NCBI GenBank assembly: GCA_037140715.1 | Contig: JBAXDX010000002.1 | Span: 1-60,953, forward strand | Origin: Ignavibacteria bacterium | GTDB lineage: Bacteria; Bacteroidota; Ignavibacteria; Ignavibacteriales; SURF-24 | Reading direction: 5' to 3' | Length of the DNA stretch: 60,953 nucleotides | Shown: piece after piece, positions 48,378-58,670 of the stretch | Numbering within the stretch: the first letter of the stretch is position 1 | Layout: each line of letters opens with the position of its first letter | Translations under genes and position numbers: made by a program | Notes under the pieces: model-generated | Told to the model about the DNA's origin: nothing | The model's database searches: none | The model's input: the letters and a program-made list of their open reading frames with translations, nothing else

Positions 48378-49658
48378 TTATGACTTCTTAAAACCCTTGT
48401 CGGCTATATCTGTCCTGTAATAAATATTGTCAAAATATATTTTACGAAGGGCTTTATATGCCTTTTCCTTACATAGTTGCAGATTATTCTCAGATGTTAC
48501 AGCAGTTACACCCAGTACTCTTCCGCCATCGGTAACTATCTTACCGTCAATCTTTTTAGTACCTGCGTGAAAAACAATGGCTTCATCATGAACATCATCG
48601 AGACCTGATATTTCAAAGCCTTTTTCATATTTATCAGGATAGCCCTCCGAAGCAGCGACAACGCAGACGGCAGCTCCGCCATTGTATGAAACAGAAGTCT
48701 TATCAACATCGCCTTTAGCCGCTGATGATAACAACTGCAAAAAATCGCCTTCGAGCAGAGGCAAAACGGACTGAGTCTCAGGGTCGCCGAAGCGGCAGTT
48801 AAATTCAACTACTTTTGGTCCATTGGGTGTAAGCATTATTCCGCAGTAGAGACACCCATTAAATTTCCTGCCTTCGCCGTTAAGAGCATCTAAAGTCGGG
48901 CGAATGATATTTACTTCAATTTCATTTAATATTTCGTGGGTTACAATTGGAGCAGGGGCATAAGCACCCATGCCACCGGTATTCTTGCCGGTATCATTAT
49001 CCCCTATTCTCTTATGATCCTGAGCAGAGGGCAGGCAGATAAAGTTTTTACCATCCGTAACTGCAAAAATAGAAGCTTCCTGACCAGTCATAAATTCTTC
49101 GATTACAATAGTCTCGCCCGCCTCGCCAAACAACGCATCCTCAAAGCACTCGGAAAGAGCATCTTTAGCTTCCTGAAATGACTGACATATAAGTACGCCC
49201 TTGCCGGCAGCAAGTCCGGAGGCTTTAATAACCGCAGGATATTTAATAAAAGAAATATGCTCGACAGCTTTGGGATATTCCGATTTAGTAAATATCTCAA
49301 ACCCGGCCGTAGGGATATTATATTTAAGCATAAGTTTTTTGGCAAAAGCCTTATCGCCTTCAATCATAGCGGCATCTTTGCCGGGACCGAAAACGTTTAT
49401 TTCATGCCTGCGAAGAATGTCGGCTAAACCATTTACAAGCGGGACTTCGGGACCTATGACGACAAGTTCAATAGCGTTTGAGATACAAAAATCAACGACA
49501 GCCTGATCATCATTAATATTAAGACTGACATTTTCTCCAAATGCCTCAGTACCAGGGTTGCCGGGTACAAGAAACAACTTTGTAAGCAATTTGCTTTGGC
49601 TGATCTTGTAAGCCATTGCATTTTCTCTTCCACCCGAACCAATTAAAACAACATTCAT
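48378..49658 (-). CDS. purD: Phosphoribosylamine--glycine ligase
   Basis: MNVVLIGSGGRENA, ATP-grasp VIKASGLAAGKGV, EFNCRFGDPE, GGRVLGVTA. Confidence 0.93.
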   Translation of the reverse strand: MNVVLIGSGGRENAMAYKISQSKLLTKLFLVPGNPGTEAFGENVSLNINDDQAVVDFCISNAIELVVIGPEVPLVNGLADILRRHEINVFGPGKDAAMIEGDKAFAKKLMLKYNIPTAGFEIFTKSEYPKAVEHISFIKYPAVIKASGLAAGKGVLICQSFQEAKDALSECFEDALFGEAGETIVIEEFMTGQEASIFAVTDGKNFICLPSAQDHKRIGDNDTGKNTGGMGAYAPAPIVTHEILNEIEVNIIRPTLDALNGEGRKFNGCLYCGIMLTPNGPKVVEFNCRFGDPETQSVLPLLEGDFLQLLSSAAKGDVDKTSVSYNGGAAVCVVAASEGYPDKYEKGFEISGLDDVHDEAIVFHAGTKKIDGKIVTDGGRVLGVTAVTSENNLQLCKEKAYKALRKIYFDNIYYRTDIADKGFKKS

Positions 49659-50939
49659 CTATATTGCCTTTATATAAAACTGGAAACTTTTGAGCATCTG
49701 TTCAGTCTGAACTTCACGGTCATGCTTAACGACAAATTCTTCATTAGGCTTTGGGAGTTTGCCTTCCCTATAAAGCCCGTGAACACGAATAATAGTATTT
49801 TTTATCTCATCAATATCAGCAGGCTTAGTAATAAAAGTCGCACCATATTCCTGGCAGGCCGACTTAGCCGCACCTTCCGGCACACATGCAATAATCGGTT
49901 TTCGCGCACCGAAATATTCAAACAATTTGCCCGGTGTAATAGTATCGGCATTTTTCTTATCACCAACCATAAGCCAGAGGACATCGCTTGAAACAATTCT
50001 AACAACCGCCTCATTATGATCGAGATATCCGTAATCCCTTACATAAGCCTGAAGTCCGAGCTTGTCAACCAGCTTTACATTTTCTCTTCTGAATTCGCCG
50101 ATAAAGTGGAGTTCTATATTTTCTGCAATATCCGGTCTTTCATAAGTCAGTTTCCTGAAAGCCTGAAGAAAATACTTAGGTGTAATAAACTCATAAAATG
50201 TACCTGAGTAAGTAAGCCTCATTTTATTATTGCCTTTGGGAATAGGAGTGATATTTTCAAAATCCTCCTTATCATATCCATGCGGAATAATCATAATATC
50301 TTCAAAAGTCAGGAAGCGGAAGGTATTTAGAAGTTTTTCTTTTATTTTACGGTTTACCGCAATCACCTTGTCAGCTACCCTAAGAGCTTTATACTCCAGC
50401 TTTTTGTGGAGATACGAATGATAAGGCGTAAGATTAAAGGCAAACTGGTTGCCAGTCCATAAGTCGCGGTAATCGACAAAGAGTGCGATATCAAACCATT
50501 TGCTTAACCGCGCAGCAACTGAAAAAGTTGAGAAAGGCGGGATAGAGACAAAAATTATATCGAACTCCTCTTTTTTAAGGAGTTCCTTAGCAACTTTGTA
50601 TGCTTTATTTGACCAGGAGATTTTATTATCAGGGATAAAAAAAGTTTTACTGATATTGTTTAAAGTCTTTATCACAATTTCCGCGGACATTTTGAAATTC
50701 TTTTTACTCCTTGCCAGAGAATAAGGATCGTTTGCCTCAACACGGATAACTCTGATTTCAGACTCTTCAACTTCCTTCAACAGCGAATTGTCATGGGCGA
50801 AGTAACTGGTTTTACCCGTAGTAATTACGGTAGGCTCCCAGTTATATTTTCTCATATACTTGACAAACTTTGTAACCCGCTGTACACCGCTAAGACCCAT
50901 AGGAGGAAAATAATAAGCAATCACCAGTACTTTGAACAT
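49659..50939 (-). CDS. GT-B fold glycosyltransferase (GT4-like), paralogue of 31339..32607
   Basis: See 31339..32607. Its stop codon directly abuts the purD start. Confidence 0.65.
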   Translation of the reverse strand: MFKVLVIAYYFPPMGLSGVQRVTKFVKYMRKYNWEPTVITTGKTSYFAHDNSLLKEVEESEIRVIRVEANDPYSLARSKKNFKMSAEIVIKTLNNISKTFFIPDNKISWSNKAYKVAKELLKKEEFDIIFVSIPPFSTFSVAARLSKWFDIALFVDYRDLWTGNQFAFNLTPYHSYLHKKLEYKALRVADKVIAVNRKIKEKLLNTFRFLTFEDIMIIPHGYDKEDFENITPIPKGNNKMRLTYSGTFYEFITPKYFLQAFRKLTYERPDIAENIELHFIGEFRRENVKLVDKLGLQAYVRDYGYLDHNEAVVRIVSSDVLWLMVGDKKNADTITPGKLFEYFGARKPIIACVPEGAAKSACQEYGATFITKPADIDEIKNTIIRVHGLYREGKLPKPNEEFVVKHDREVQTEQMLKSFQFYIKAI

Positions 50940-50999
50940 TTTGACCTATCGATGGTTTTCAGAATATAACCCAGTAACCTGAACAAAAATCATCCGCAG

Positions 51000-52466
51000 C
51001 TATGAATGATAGTTAGGAGCCTCATCGGTAATAATAACATCATGCGGATGACTTTCCCTTAGACCTGCAACAGACATTTTGATAAACCGGGCGTTTTCCT
51101 TCAGTTCAGAAATATTTGCTGTACCACAGTATCCCATGGCAGCTTTAAGTCCGCCAATAAACTGATAAATCGTTTCTGAGAGCGGACCTTTGAAAGGTAC
51201 TCTTCCCTCAACACCTTCGGGGACGAGTTTCTTAATATCCTCCTCAATATCCTGAAAGTACCGGTCGCTGCTTCCTTTTTTCATAGCGCCAAGCGATCCC
51301 ATACCACGGTAAACCTTAAAACTGCGTCCTTCGAACAGAACGGTTTCTCCCGGAGTTTCTTCGACACCAGCGAACATACCGCCAATCATAACCGTATCGG
51401 CTCCAGCCGCAATTGCCTTTGGAACATCGCCCGTCTGTTTGATCCCGCCATCGGCGACAATCGGAATGCCCTTGCCTTTAATTTCATTATAAACATTCAT
51501 CACAGCAGAAATTTGTGGCACGCCAACGCCTGCAATAACGCGCGTGGTGCAAATTGAACCAGCGCCAATTCCTACCTTTACTGCATCAACTCCGGCTTCA
51601 ATTAAGTCCAGAGCAGCTTCACCTGTAACAATATTACCGGCAATAAGCTGTGCATACTTAAATTTCCCTCGTAATTCTTTAATCATTTTAATCACGCCAA
51701 CGGAATGACCGTGAGCCGTATCGACCACAATGACATCCGCACCCGCGTTAAGCAATACCTCGGTACGCTCGATAGTATCAGCTGTAACGCCAACGCCACC
51801 GCCAACCCTTAATCGTCCATGCTCATCTTTGCAGGCGTTAGGATATTTCTTCTTTTTCTGGATATCCTTAAATGTAATCAAACCTTTAAGGTAACCCTGA
51901 GCATCAACGATAGGAAGCTTTTCAATTTTATGGTTCTGCAGAATTTTCTCAGCCATCTTAAGGTCTGTGCCAATGGGAGCCGTAATCAGGTTTTCCTTAG
52001 TCATAAGATCTTTTACCTTAAGCGAGAGGTTCGGCTCAAAGCGAAGATCGCGATTAGTCAGAATACCGATAAGCTTATTGGAATCATCAACAATAGGAAT
52101 ACCGGAAATTTGATATTTATCCATGAGGACAAGAGCATCTTCGACAGTTTTGTCAGAAGAAAGCGTTATCGGGTTCATAATCATGCCGCTTTCCGAACGT
52201 TTAACCAAATCAATTTCTTCTGCCTGGCGGTCAATGGTCATATTCTTATGGATAATACCAATACCTCCCTGTCCTGCCATTGCAATAGCCATCTGGCTCT
52301 CGGTAACCGTGTCCATAGCGGCAGACAATAGCGGGATGTACAATTTAATTTCAGTAGTAAGTTGTGAAACAATTTCAACTTCTCTTGGCAGAACCGAAGA
52401 TTTCGCGGGAACCAGAAGTATATCATCAAATGTTAATCCCTCATAAATAATCTTATCGGTGCTCAT
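51000..52466 (-). CDS. guaB: IMP dehydrogenase
   Basis: [12 protein letters not shown], tandem CBS domains, catalytic [25 protein letters not shown]. The ATG at 52466 gives the canonical N-terminus. Confidence 0.93.
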   Translation of the reverse strand: MSTDKIIYEGLTFDDILLVPAKSSVLPREVEIVSQLTTEIKLYIPLLSAAMDTVTESQMAIAMAGQGGIGIIHKNMTIDRQAEEIDLVKRSESGMIMNPITLSSDKTVEDALVLMDKYQISGIPIVDDSNKLIGILTNRDLRFEPNLSLKVKDLMTKENLITAPIGTDLKMAEKILQNHKIEKLPIVDAQGYLKGLITFKDIQKKKKYPNACKDEHGRLRVGGGVGVTADTIERTEVLLNAGADVIVVDTAHGHSVGVIKMIKELRGKFKYAQLIAGNIVTGEAALDLIEAGVDAVKVGIGAGSICTTRVIAGVGVPQISAVMNVYNEIKGKGIPIVADGGIKQTGDVPKAIAAGADTVMIGGMFAGVEETPGETVLFEGRSFKVYRGMGSLGAMKKGSSDRYFQDIEEDIKKLVPEGVEGRVPFKGPLSETIYQFIGGLKAAMGYCGTANISELKENARFIKMSVAGLRESHPHDVIITDEAPNYHS

Positions 52467-52686
52467 ATATCCCCCTGTTTTTATGAAAAAGCTCACGCGA
52501 GGCGGTCATATTTACCCGGCAAAGCTTTAAAGTTGTGAATAATCAACGCCGGTGAATCTTTCCATGACTTAAAAAAAACATTCAAATTACTTCTGCTAAG
52601 ATAATTAAATCACCCGATGCAAAGCAACCGATATTTTCGGAGAATATTTTAACAGAGGAACTGAGAATATATCTTTAACCAAAAAC

Positions 52687-53313
52687 TCATGTCTCAGAAC
52701 TAATAACTGATTCAATTGCTATTTTGATAATATCGTAATTAAATCCTTTGGATAAAAGATAACTATAGATTTTCTGCTGAAGTTTCTGCTTTTCCAGATT
52801 GCGGACTTTGAGGGATTTAAGTTTTTTTTGAGCGATTTTGCATGCCTGATCAACCTGTTCTGTGTCAGAACTATCGCTAAGAACTAATTCAATAATATCC
52901 TTAGAAATGCCTTTCGCTTTGAGTTCCATTATGATGCGGTTTATACCAAGGGAGTTGCGGTTTGTTTTTTCGGATGTAAAATCGCGGGCAAATTTTTCAT
53001 CGTTGAGATAATTATTTTCTTTCAGGTTGCAGATTACATTGTTTACCAGCTCTGCGTCATATTTTTTAGCTAAAAGTTTTCTTTCCAGCTCCTTAGCTGA
53101 ATGCAACCGGCATCCAAGAAAGCGGAAAGCAGATTCCTTAACATAAAAAAACTGATTCTGCCTGATTAGCGAATCCCTCGTCTTTTCGTCCAGCCCGTCA
53201 TCTTTCCTTAGGGAATTCTTCAGAAACACTTCATAGCGAAGAATCAGTTTTTCATCATTATCAAACTGAATATGTACGCTGTCTTTAATTTTCGAAATTT
53301 TTGTGATTATCAT
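52687..53313 (-). CDS. recX: Regulatory protein RecX
   Basis: ~200-aa all-helical protein with three repeats and RecX-like strings (SAKELERKLLAKKYDAELVNNVICNLKENNYLNDEKFARDF). No recA is adjacent. Confidence 0.65.
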   Translation of the reverse strand: MIITKISKIKDSVHIQFDNDEKLILRYEVFLKNSLRKDDGLDEKTRDSLIRQNQFFYVKESAFRFLGCRLHSAKELERKLLAKKYDAELVNNVICNLKENNYLNDEKFARDFTSEKTNRNSLGINRIIMELKAKGISKDIIELVLSDSSDTEQVDQACKIAQKKLKSLKVRNLEKQKLQQKIYSYLLSKGFNYDIIKIAIESVISSET

Positions 53314-53368
53314 GCGGTGAGATATAGTAAGTCTGTTAATGTGTCACTTCAGTTGATTGTCCTGCCAT

Positions 53369-53396
53369 GTATATATTAACGACCGTTATGAATTCA
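53369..53396 (-). promoter_or_regulatory. recX promoter candidate (TTGAAT-16 nt-TATATA) with palindrome TAACG-N2-CGTTA in the spacer. Copy 2 of 2
   Basis: Same module as 10721-10748. The -10 element lies ~55 nt upstream of the recX ATG. Confidence 0.5.
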
Positions 53397-53479
53397 ACCT
53401 TTAGAACACATTAGCGAAGGAACCATTATATCATCCATTCTACGATATTTCAGGTTAAATTTATCCCGCCTTGCAGTTT

Positions 53480-54094
53480 CTATTCGAAGGGTTGCCGGAT
53501 AATTGTTTTCATTTTTGCAGGGTCGGCTTTTCTTGGATCGCTCAGATAAATTTCATGATGAAATCCGCGAAGACTGTGTCCATTTTCCTTTATAAAATTA
53601 TGCAGTTTAAGTATAGTGGGAGTTTCATCCGAATAAGGACCAATATGCATAATTTGCGCACATCGGCCTTCATGATAATTTTCGAAGCGGACTTCCTTGA
53701 TTGCTTCAATTTGCTTTTTAGCATAAGCGGTAACAGAAGCTTTTTCCACATCGGCAGTATTAATAAATTCCGGTTGCATAATCATAAGAGTCCATTTCCA
53801 TGCGGATTTATCCTCAATAGAAAATAACTTCATATCATCGCACCACCAAAGACCTTCGAGAGGTGGCACTACATAGTCAGGGAGAGCCGGCACCTCTTTT
53901 TTACACATAAATTTAAGGGTATAGGCGACTGAATAGAGGGATTCAACGCAATTATTGAATTTTTCGGAGTTGTTCGGGTCGCCATTACCATTAATCATCA
54001 GATAATTCATGCAGGGGACATCTACTTCTACAACGTTCTTAACCGGAGGATTAAACAACTCTGCATATTGTTTCTTCATATCAATTTTTGTCAT
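53480..54094 (-). CDS. GyrI-like small-molecule-binding domain protein
   Basis: Start ..KKQYAELFNPP.., MNYLMINGNGDPN, SVAYTLKF, WKWTLMIMQPEFI, EGRCAQIMHIGPY, typical of this family as I recall it. Confidence 0.55.
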   Translation of the reverse strand: MTKIDMKKQYAELFNPPVKNVVEVDVPCMNYLMINGNGDPNNSEKFNNCVESLYSVAYTLKFMCKKEVPALPDYVVPPLEGLWWCDDMKLFSIEDKSAWKWTLMIMQPEFINTADVEKASVTAYAKKQIEAIKEVRFENYHEGRCAQIMHIGPYSDETPTILKLHNFIKENGHSLRGFHHEIYLSDPRKADPAKMKTIIRQPFE

Positions 54095-54099
54095 ATCGA

Positions 54100-54507
54100 T
54101 TATTTTACCCCTCTTTCAATCAGAAACGGGCTGTATTTTTTATCAACTACACAGATGTGATGAATAAGCCAGTCCCTGAGAAAATTTATAATTTCAATAG
54201 AAACGATAGAGCTACCTGTAAGAAACCTTCCCTGATAGTCCAGTACTTTAGAGACAAACAACTGGTGTTCTCTTTTATGTCCGGCAGTATCAGGGTAATC
54301 AAACTGGGCGAAATATTTTTCTTCGAGAGTAAAATGAGTCTGAGTATATTTAATCAGGTTTTGAATAATAATACTAAGAGCTTCTTTAGCTTTGCCGGCT
54401 TTCATGGCTTCATGAAGTTCGTTAATATAATTGACCAGCTTTTTATGCTGATTATCAATTTCATTAATTCCGACAGAGTATCGTTGATTCCAGTTTATAA
54501 AAGGCAT
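54100..54507 (-). CDS. Bacteriohemerythrin
   Basis: MPFINWNQRYSVGINEIDNQHKKLV, HFTLEEKYF, YPD...HKREH, WLIHHI..D (His/Asp/Glu iron ligands). AGGGA lies 5 nt before the ATG at 54507. Confidence 0.85.
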   Translation of the reverse strand: MPFINWNQRYSVGINEIDNQHKKLVNYINELHEAMKAGKAKEALSIIIQNLIKYTQTHFTLEEKYFAQFDYPDTAGHKREHQLFVSKVLDYQGRFLTGSSIVSIEIINFLRDWLIHHICVVDKKYSPFLIERGVK

Positions 54508-54811
54508 AATTTCCCTCATAGATTAGTTGAATAAATTCATAAAAAAAATGTTTTAATTATAACCTGCCGGCATCCTCGTTTAATAAATGCGGATTATCGT
54601 CCATTCCTGTAACCTGTTTGGTAATAGATTTTATGCAAGTCTAAATAAATCGGCTGACTAATATAACTTCAATCCCAAATCAAAACAACAGAGATAAAAA
54701 ATAAGCCGGTGTGTCGCGCTAAATAATGCCTGACAGAATAAAAAAAAGAAAGAGACAAAGAAAATATGTTGTTTCACTCTTTACTTCTTATCGTGTATGG
54801 ATAAGAAATTC

Positions 54812-56284
54812 TCAAAATCTGTAAGTAACGGTAAATATCATATTGCGGGATTTGATATCCTGATTCGTACGGGACACATTTACTCCATAATTATCGCCGA
54901 TATCTTTCCACCAGCCGTAAGCATAAGCAATATCAAAGGCAAAGGATTCATCGGCAAGGAATCCGAGTCCGCCGGTAATATACTTCTTATCATAGTCTGA
55001 GACATTCTGATCCGAAATATATGGCGAAGGGTTCATCATAAATCCAGCCCTGACTCTTAAATCAATTTCCGGAATTGTATATTCAGCACCGAGATTGTAA
55101 TTAACAACTCCGCGGAACTGTTCTTTAATATCTTTATTATTCAGAGCCATCAACATGGAACTTAGTCCGCCTGTAAATTCCATCCCGGTATAATCGATAT
55201 AAGAAATACCGGCGCTTACAACTGCTCCCTTATAGTTAAAAGCCGCCCCGCATGAAAAAATATAAGGAGTTAAAATGTCATATTCGGAGCTGCTTTCAAA
55301 GGGATTATTAAGACTAATCACCTGTCCGTCTGCAAATTCACTTCGGCCGGTAACGGTATAATTTTCCTTAATTATATAATGCGCAGGGAATTTAATATTT
55401 CCGCCAATCCTGAGTCCGTACTCCCTGTATTTATTCATCTGATATAAAAAGCCGATATTTGCATCCCAGCCTGATATATCCCAATTAAGAATATCATTAA
55501 AATAAAAGAGTCTGAACCCGCGCGTTGTAATATCGCCCGGATCAGTCTGTATATTTCGGTAAACATTCTTAGTATCTTCTTCATAATAATCGCGGGTTCT
55601 GCTATAATCACCTGAATAGACATTCAGCGTTGCTCCAACAAAAACATTAGGAGCCACCTCAGATGCACCTGAAAAAGCCCACTTGCCGATACTGCCTTTT
55701 GAAAGTGTAGTCCCGTCCTGATTTAATTTACCGTTAATAGGCGTGTTGTCACCTGTTGAATCAGTAAGATACAGATAATACGGCAGATCGCGCGGACCTA
55801 AAAGAGACTGGATCATCGAAGTATTGCCGCTATTGTAACCATTGAAATTTACAGCTCCGTTAAAATCCTTATCCTTATTATAGCCAATGGCAAAAACAAG
55901 ACTGCCCCTCAGGGTCGGAAATGGAAAGGCAAAGCTTAAATTATCAAGCTTTGTCGTACTGTTAGAATAATTCGTCTTCACACCGCCAGAATAATCAGCG
56001 CCTGATCCGGAAAGCGATGTAGAATTATTAAATTTAGAATAAAACATTCCGCCTGCGAACTCCATTCTTTTAATCAGTGCAAAACCTGCGGGATTAAAAG
56101 AAGAGGCTGAAAAGTCATCGCTTAATGCCGTATAAGCATTACCCATACCCAAAGCACGGGCATTTGAAGCAAGACCGGGTTCAGAAAGCCTTAAAGCATC
56201 ACCCGCGTTTTGCGCAAAAATATCAGATGCAATAAGAGCTAAAAGGGAAAGAACAAGAACCATTGTTTTCTTTAAAGCATGCAT
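54812..56284 (-). CDS. Outer-membrane beta-barrel protein (FadL/PorV/UPF0164-like)
   Basis: Signal peptide ..IFAQ, N-terminal ARALGMGNAYTALSDDFSASSFNPAG, alternating-hydrophobic strands throughout, C-terminal FTVTYRF. Confidence 0.75.
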   Translation of the reverse strand: MHALKKTMVLVLSLLALIASDIFAQNAGDALRLSEPGLASNARALGMGNAYTALSDDFSASSFNPAGFALIKRMEFAGGMFYSKFNNSTSLSGSGADYSGGVKTNYSNSTTKLDNLSFAFPFPTLRGSLVFAIGYNKDKDFNGAVNFNGYNSGNTSMIQSLLGPRDLPYYLYLTDSTGDNTPINGKLNQDGTTLSKGSIGKWAFSGASEVAPNVFVGATLNVYSGDYSRTRDYYEEDTKNVYRNIQTDPGDITTRGFRLFYFNDILNWDISGWDANIGFLYQMNKYREYGLRIGGNIKFPAHYIIKENYTVTGRSEFADGQVISLNNPFESSSEYDILTPYIFSCGAAFNYKGAVVSAGISYIDYTGMEFTGGLSSMLMALNNKDIKEQFRGVVNYNLGAEYTIPEIDLRVRAGFMMNPSPYISDQNVSDYDKKYITGGLGFLADESFAFDIAYAYGWWKDIGDNYGVNVSRTNQDIKSRNMIFTVTYRF

Positions 56285-56287
56285 TAA

Positions 56288-56989
56288 TTATCTCCTGCCT
56301 GAATTTGTTGTTCTGCTGCCGTCATTACTGCGGGCATTAGAATCGCCCGATGAACTTTTGCTGTTATCCTCGCGGCTTTTGGTACTATTCTTATCGTTGC
56401 TCTTTACGGCTTCATTTGATTTTGAAGTATCGCCTGAACTGCTGCCACTACTGTTACTATGACTTACAGAAGTCGGGGGGAAATATGTAGTTGTAGTCCG
56501 GGTAGTAGCTTCTGAACGGCTACCGTCTGATGTTCTTGCGCGTCCATCATACTGACCGGCTGATTTGTCGCCTGTACCGGGATTAGAGACAGAAACAGTT
56601 GGCGGAGCTACATTATGCCACCATGGTCTGTTATAAAAATAACCGTAACTTCCGTAGTACGTGCTTCCATAATAAGGGGCAGAATAGCCACTCACATAAT
56701 ATCCTGAGCCGGAATTACCGGGGTCATTATATTCAGAATTATAATCTTCATCATTCTGAGAATAAGTCTCGGCCGGTTCAGCATTCGTATCTGTTTTTTT
56801 TACATAATCATTATTTGATTTATTGTTATGGCAACTGTTACAATCATCGTAAAAGAAAACCTTTTGTGAGATTGTATAACCATTTTTATCTGTCTTTTCA
56901 ACATTCGGATGCTGAATCATTGTGTAGCATCCTGAGAACATTATGAAAAGAAGAACTGCGAAACTAAAAATCAGACTTCCTGTTTTCAT
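56288..56989 (-). CDS. Low-complexity lipoprotein: Gly/Tyr/Ser-rich core, Ser/Thr/Asn/Arg-rich tail
   Basis: Lipobox FSGC. Core GSGYYVSGYSAPYYGSTYYGSYGYFYNRPWWHN. Tail rich in S/T/N/R/D/K, ending NSGRR. 3 nt upstream of the barrel gene. Confidence 0.7.
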   Translation of the reverse strand: MKTGSLIFSFAVLLFIMFSGCYTMIQHPNVEKTDKNGYTISQKVFFYDDCNSCHNNKSNNDYVKKTDTNAEPAETYSQNDEDYNSEYNDPGNSGSGYYVSGYSAPYYGSTYYGSYGYFYNRPWWHNVAPPTVSVSNPGTGDKSAGQYDGRARTSDGSRSEATTRTTTTYFPPTSVSHSNSSGSSSGDTSKSNEAVKSNDKNSTKSREDNSKSSSGDSNARSNDGSRTTNSGRR

Positions 56990-56995
56990 GATTTT

Positions 56996-58042
56996 CTACC
57001 TGCTTCTTTTGTTATTATCATTACTACTGCTTCTGCCGGCATCATCGTTTCTGCTGTTTCGCGACTGCGGAGCCGGAGTACTGCTTCTCTGCTCTGCCGA
57101 TGGTCTTTCATATACCGGGGCAGGATTTCGTCCCGGCTGTTGCGCCGGATTGTAATTAACATTTCTTCTCTCGCGATTATCCATACGGCTGTGTCTCTGA
57201 TCTCCCGCGTCTCTATTCTGACCATTCCCTGGTTTTTCATAAATAACTCGGGGTTGCTGTCTGCGTCTGACCTCAGACTGACGTTCGTTCCTGTTGTTTG
57301 AATTTGCTCCGGAATCTGGCTTGTAATTCCTGTTTTCGGAAGAAGCATCCCTCTGCCTGGATTTCTGTTCAACAGCACGCCTGCTAACGGCATTTCCTCT
57401 TTGAGTTACAACATCATGACGCTGACGGGTAGTTCCTCCTGAGCCGGAGATAAGCGGATTAGCTATACTGCCTCCTCTTGGGGAAGTTAATAAATCTCTT
57501 CTTCTTGAAGTGTATGCTCCCCTGCCGCCATCATTATTCCTGAGACGTGTTATATCATTTGCGTGATGCTTCCCGCCATAGCCGCCGGAGTATCCGTAAT
57601 TATGACTTCCGTAATAACCCCCGCCCCAGTAATTATAACCATAGTAATGATTGTAAAATGGATAAAAGTCAGCGGAGTAAAACGGGTCAAAAGAACAATA
57701 ATTGTCATACCAGTACGGGTTATAATATCCAAAACCAATACCGGTAGTCAGTCCGGGCTGATAGCCGCCATAATATCTTCTGTAAAAAGGACGGTAATAA
57801 TATCCATCATCATAATTATCGTACGCTGAGCCGCCCTGATAAGACTGATTGTTATCGGCATAGCCGGCGGTATCCTGTCCGGTCTGGTCATCCGAGTAGC
57901 GGTCATTTGTTTCGTAACCCCTGTTTTTATCATAATCACGTTCAGCCCTGTAACCGCGAGTCGAAAGCTGCGTATAACAGCCATAGAAATTACCAAATCC
58001 CGCCAGCAAAGCTAAAAACATAATTCGTTTTAATATTTTCAT
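56996..58042 (-). CDS. Low-complexity lipoprotein: Gly/Tyr/Asn-rich core, Arg/Asn/Ser/Gln-rich tail
   Basis: Lipobox FYGC. Core YYRPFYRRYYGGYQPG..GFGYYNPYWYDNY..YGYNYWGGGYYGSHNYGYSGGYGG. ~170-aa basic tail ending NNKRSR. AGAGGGG precedes the ATG. Confidence 0.7.
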   Translation of the reverse strand: MKILKRIMFLALLAGFGNFYGCYTQLSTRGYRAERDYDKNRGYETNDRYSDDQTGQDTAGYADNNQSYQGGSAYDNYDDGYYYRPFYRRYYGGYQPGLTTGIGFGYYNPYWYDNYCSFDPFYSADFYPFYNHYYGYNYWGGGYYGSHNYGYSGGYGGKHHANDITRLRNNDGGRGAYTSRRRDLLTSPRGGSIANPLISGSGGTTRQRHDVVTQRGNAVSRRAVEQKSRQRDASSENRNYKPDSGANSNNRNERQSEVRRRQQPRVIYEKPGNGQNRDAGDQRHSRMDNRERRNVNYNPAQQPGRNPAPVYERPSAEQRSSTPAPQSRNSRNDDAGRSSSNDNNKRSR

Positions 58043-58086
58043 ATAACTACCCCTCTTAGAATTCTATTACTTCCTGTCAAAAAAAA

Positions 58087-58101
58087 ACAATTAATGTGCC
58101 C
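58087..58101 (-). promoter_or_regulatory. Sigma-54-like -24/-12 element upstream of the lipoprotein operon
   Basis: The minus strand reads GGGCAC-ATTAA-TTGT, against consensus TGGCAC-N5-TTGC. GG-N10 spacing is correct, but the -12 GC is GT. Lies ~45 nt before the ATG at 58042. Confidence 0.25.
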
Positions 58102-58253
58102 TGTTTATTCCCTTATTTCAGAGAAAAAACACATATATGTTTATTATTGTGTCCGATTGAGCGCACTATTGTGTACTAAAAACCGGACATTCTTTTTAAC
58201 TCTGAATTTTTAGCATCAACTGTTTATTGTCAGGAGTTCTTTATTTTTCAAAT

Positions 58254-58646
58254 TTATGCGGCATTGGGCTGAATTGATATTTCAATGAGCGATGGCATAA
58301 GAGAATATTCTGATTTTATTCGCACAGTAATTTTTCCCGGCATATCTTTGGCTTTCAGCGTTAAGATTCCATTATCAATATCATTTTGAATTATCTCAAC
58401 TAAATCGACACCCTCGACAATTTGAAATTCAGCCGGGGATTTTCTAAATGGCACTCTGTTCCCGAATGAGTTCAGCGGAATGACTTCTATTATAGAAGTT
58501 GATTTGTTATCAGCAAATAAGACAACATCTGAGACTTTAAACGAAACTTCATAAATATTAAACATGTACTGCCATAAAGTGAAAATGACGACACATATTA
58601 TACCCGAGATTAAAATCAGTTGTGGCACTTTTGAATTTGTAAACAT
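58254..58646 (-). CDS. Membrane-anchored small protein with an Ig-like beta-rich ectodomain, unknown function
   Basis: One N-terminal TM helix (QLILISGIICVVIFTLW), then ~95 aa of beta-strand-like sequence (IIEVIPLN.., ILTLKAKDMPGKITVRIKS). Confidence 0.5.
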   Translation of the reverse strand: MFTNSKVPQLILISGIICVVIFTLWQYMFNIYEVSFKVSDVVLFADNKSTSIIEVIPLNSFGNRVPFRKSPAEFQIVEGVDLVEIIQNDIDNGILTLKAKDMPGKITVRIKSEYSLMPSLIEISIQPNAA

Positions 58647-58670
58647 TGTTTTTCTAACTTAGTGTAAAAA

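Noticed and set aside
56599-57996. Multiple overlapping ORFs in other frames and strands (56599..56946, 56943..57155, 56986..57393, 57547..57829, 57748..57996)
   Set aside because: They are low-complexity shadows of the two Gly/Tyr-rich lipoprotein genes. Only the frames with lipoprotein signals and tight operon spacing are retained.
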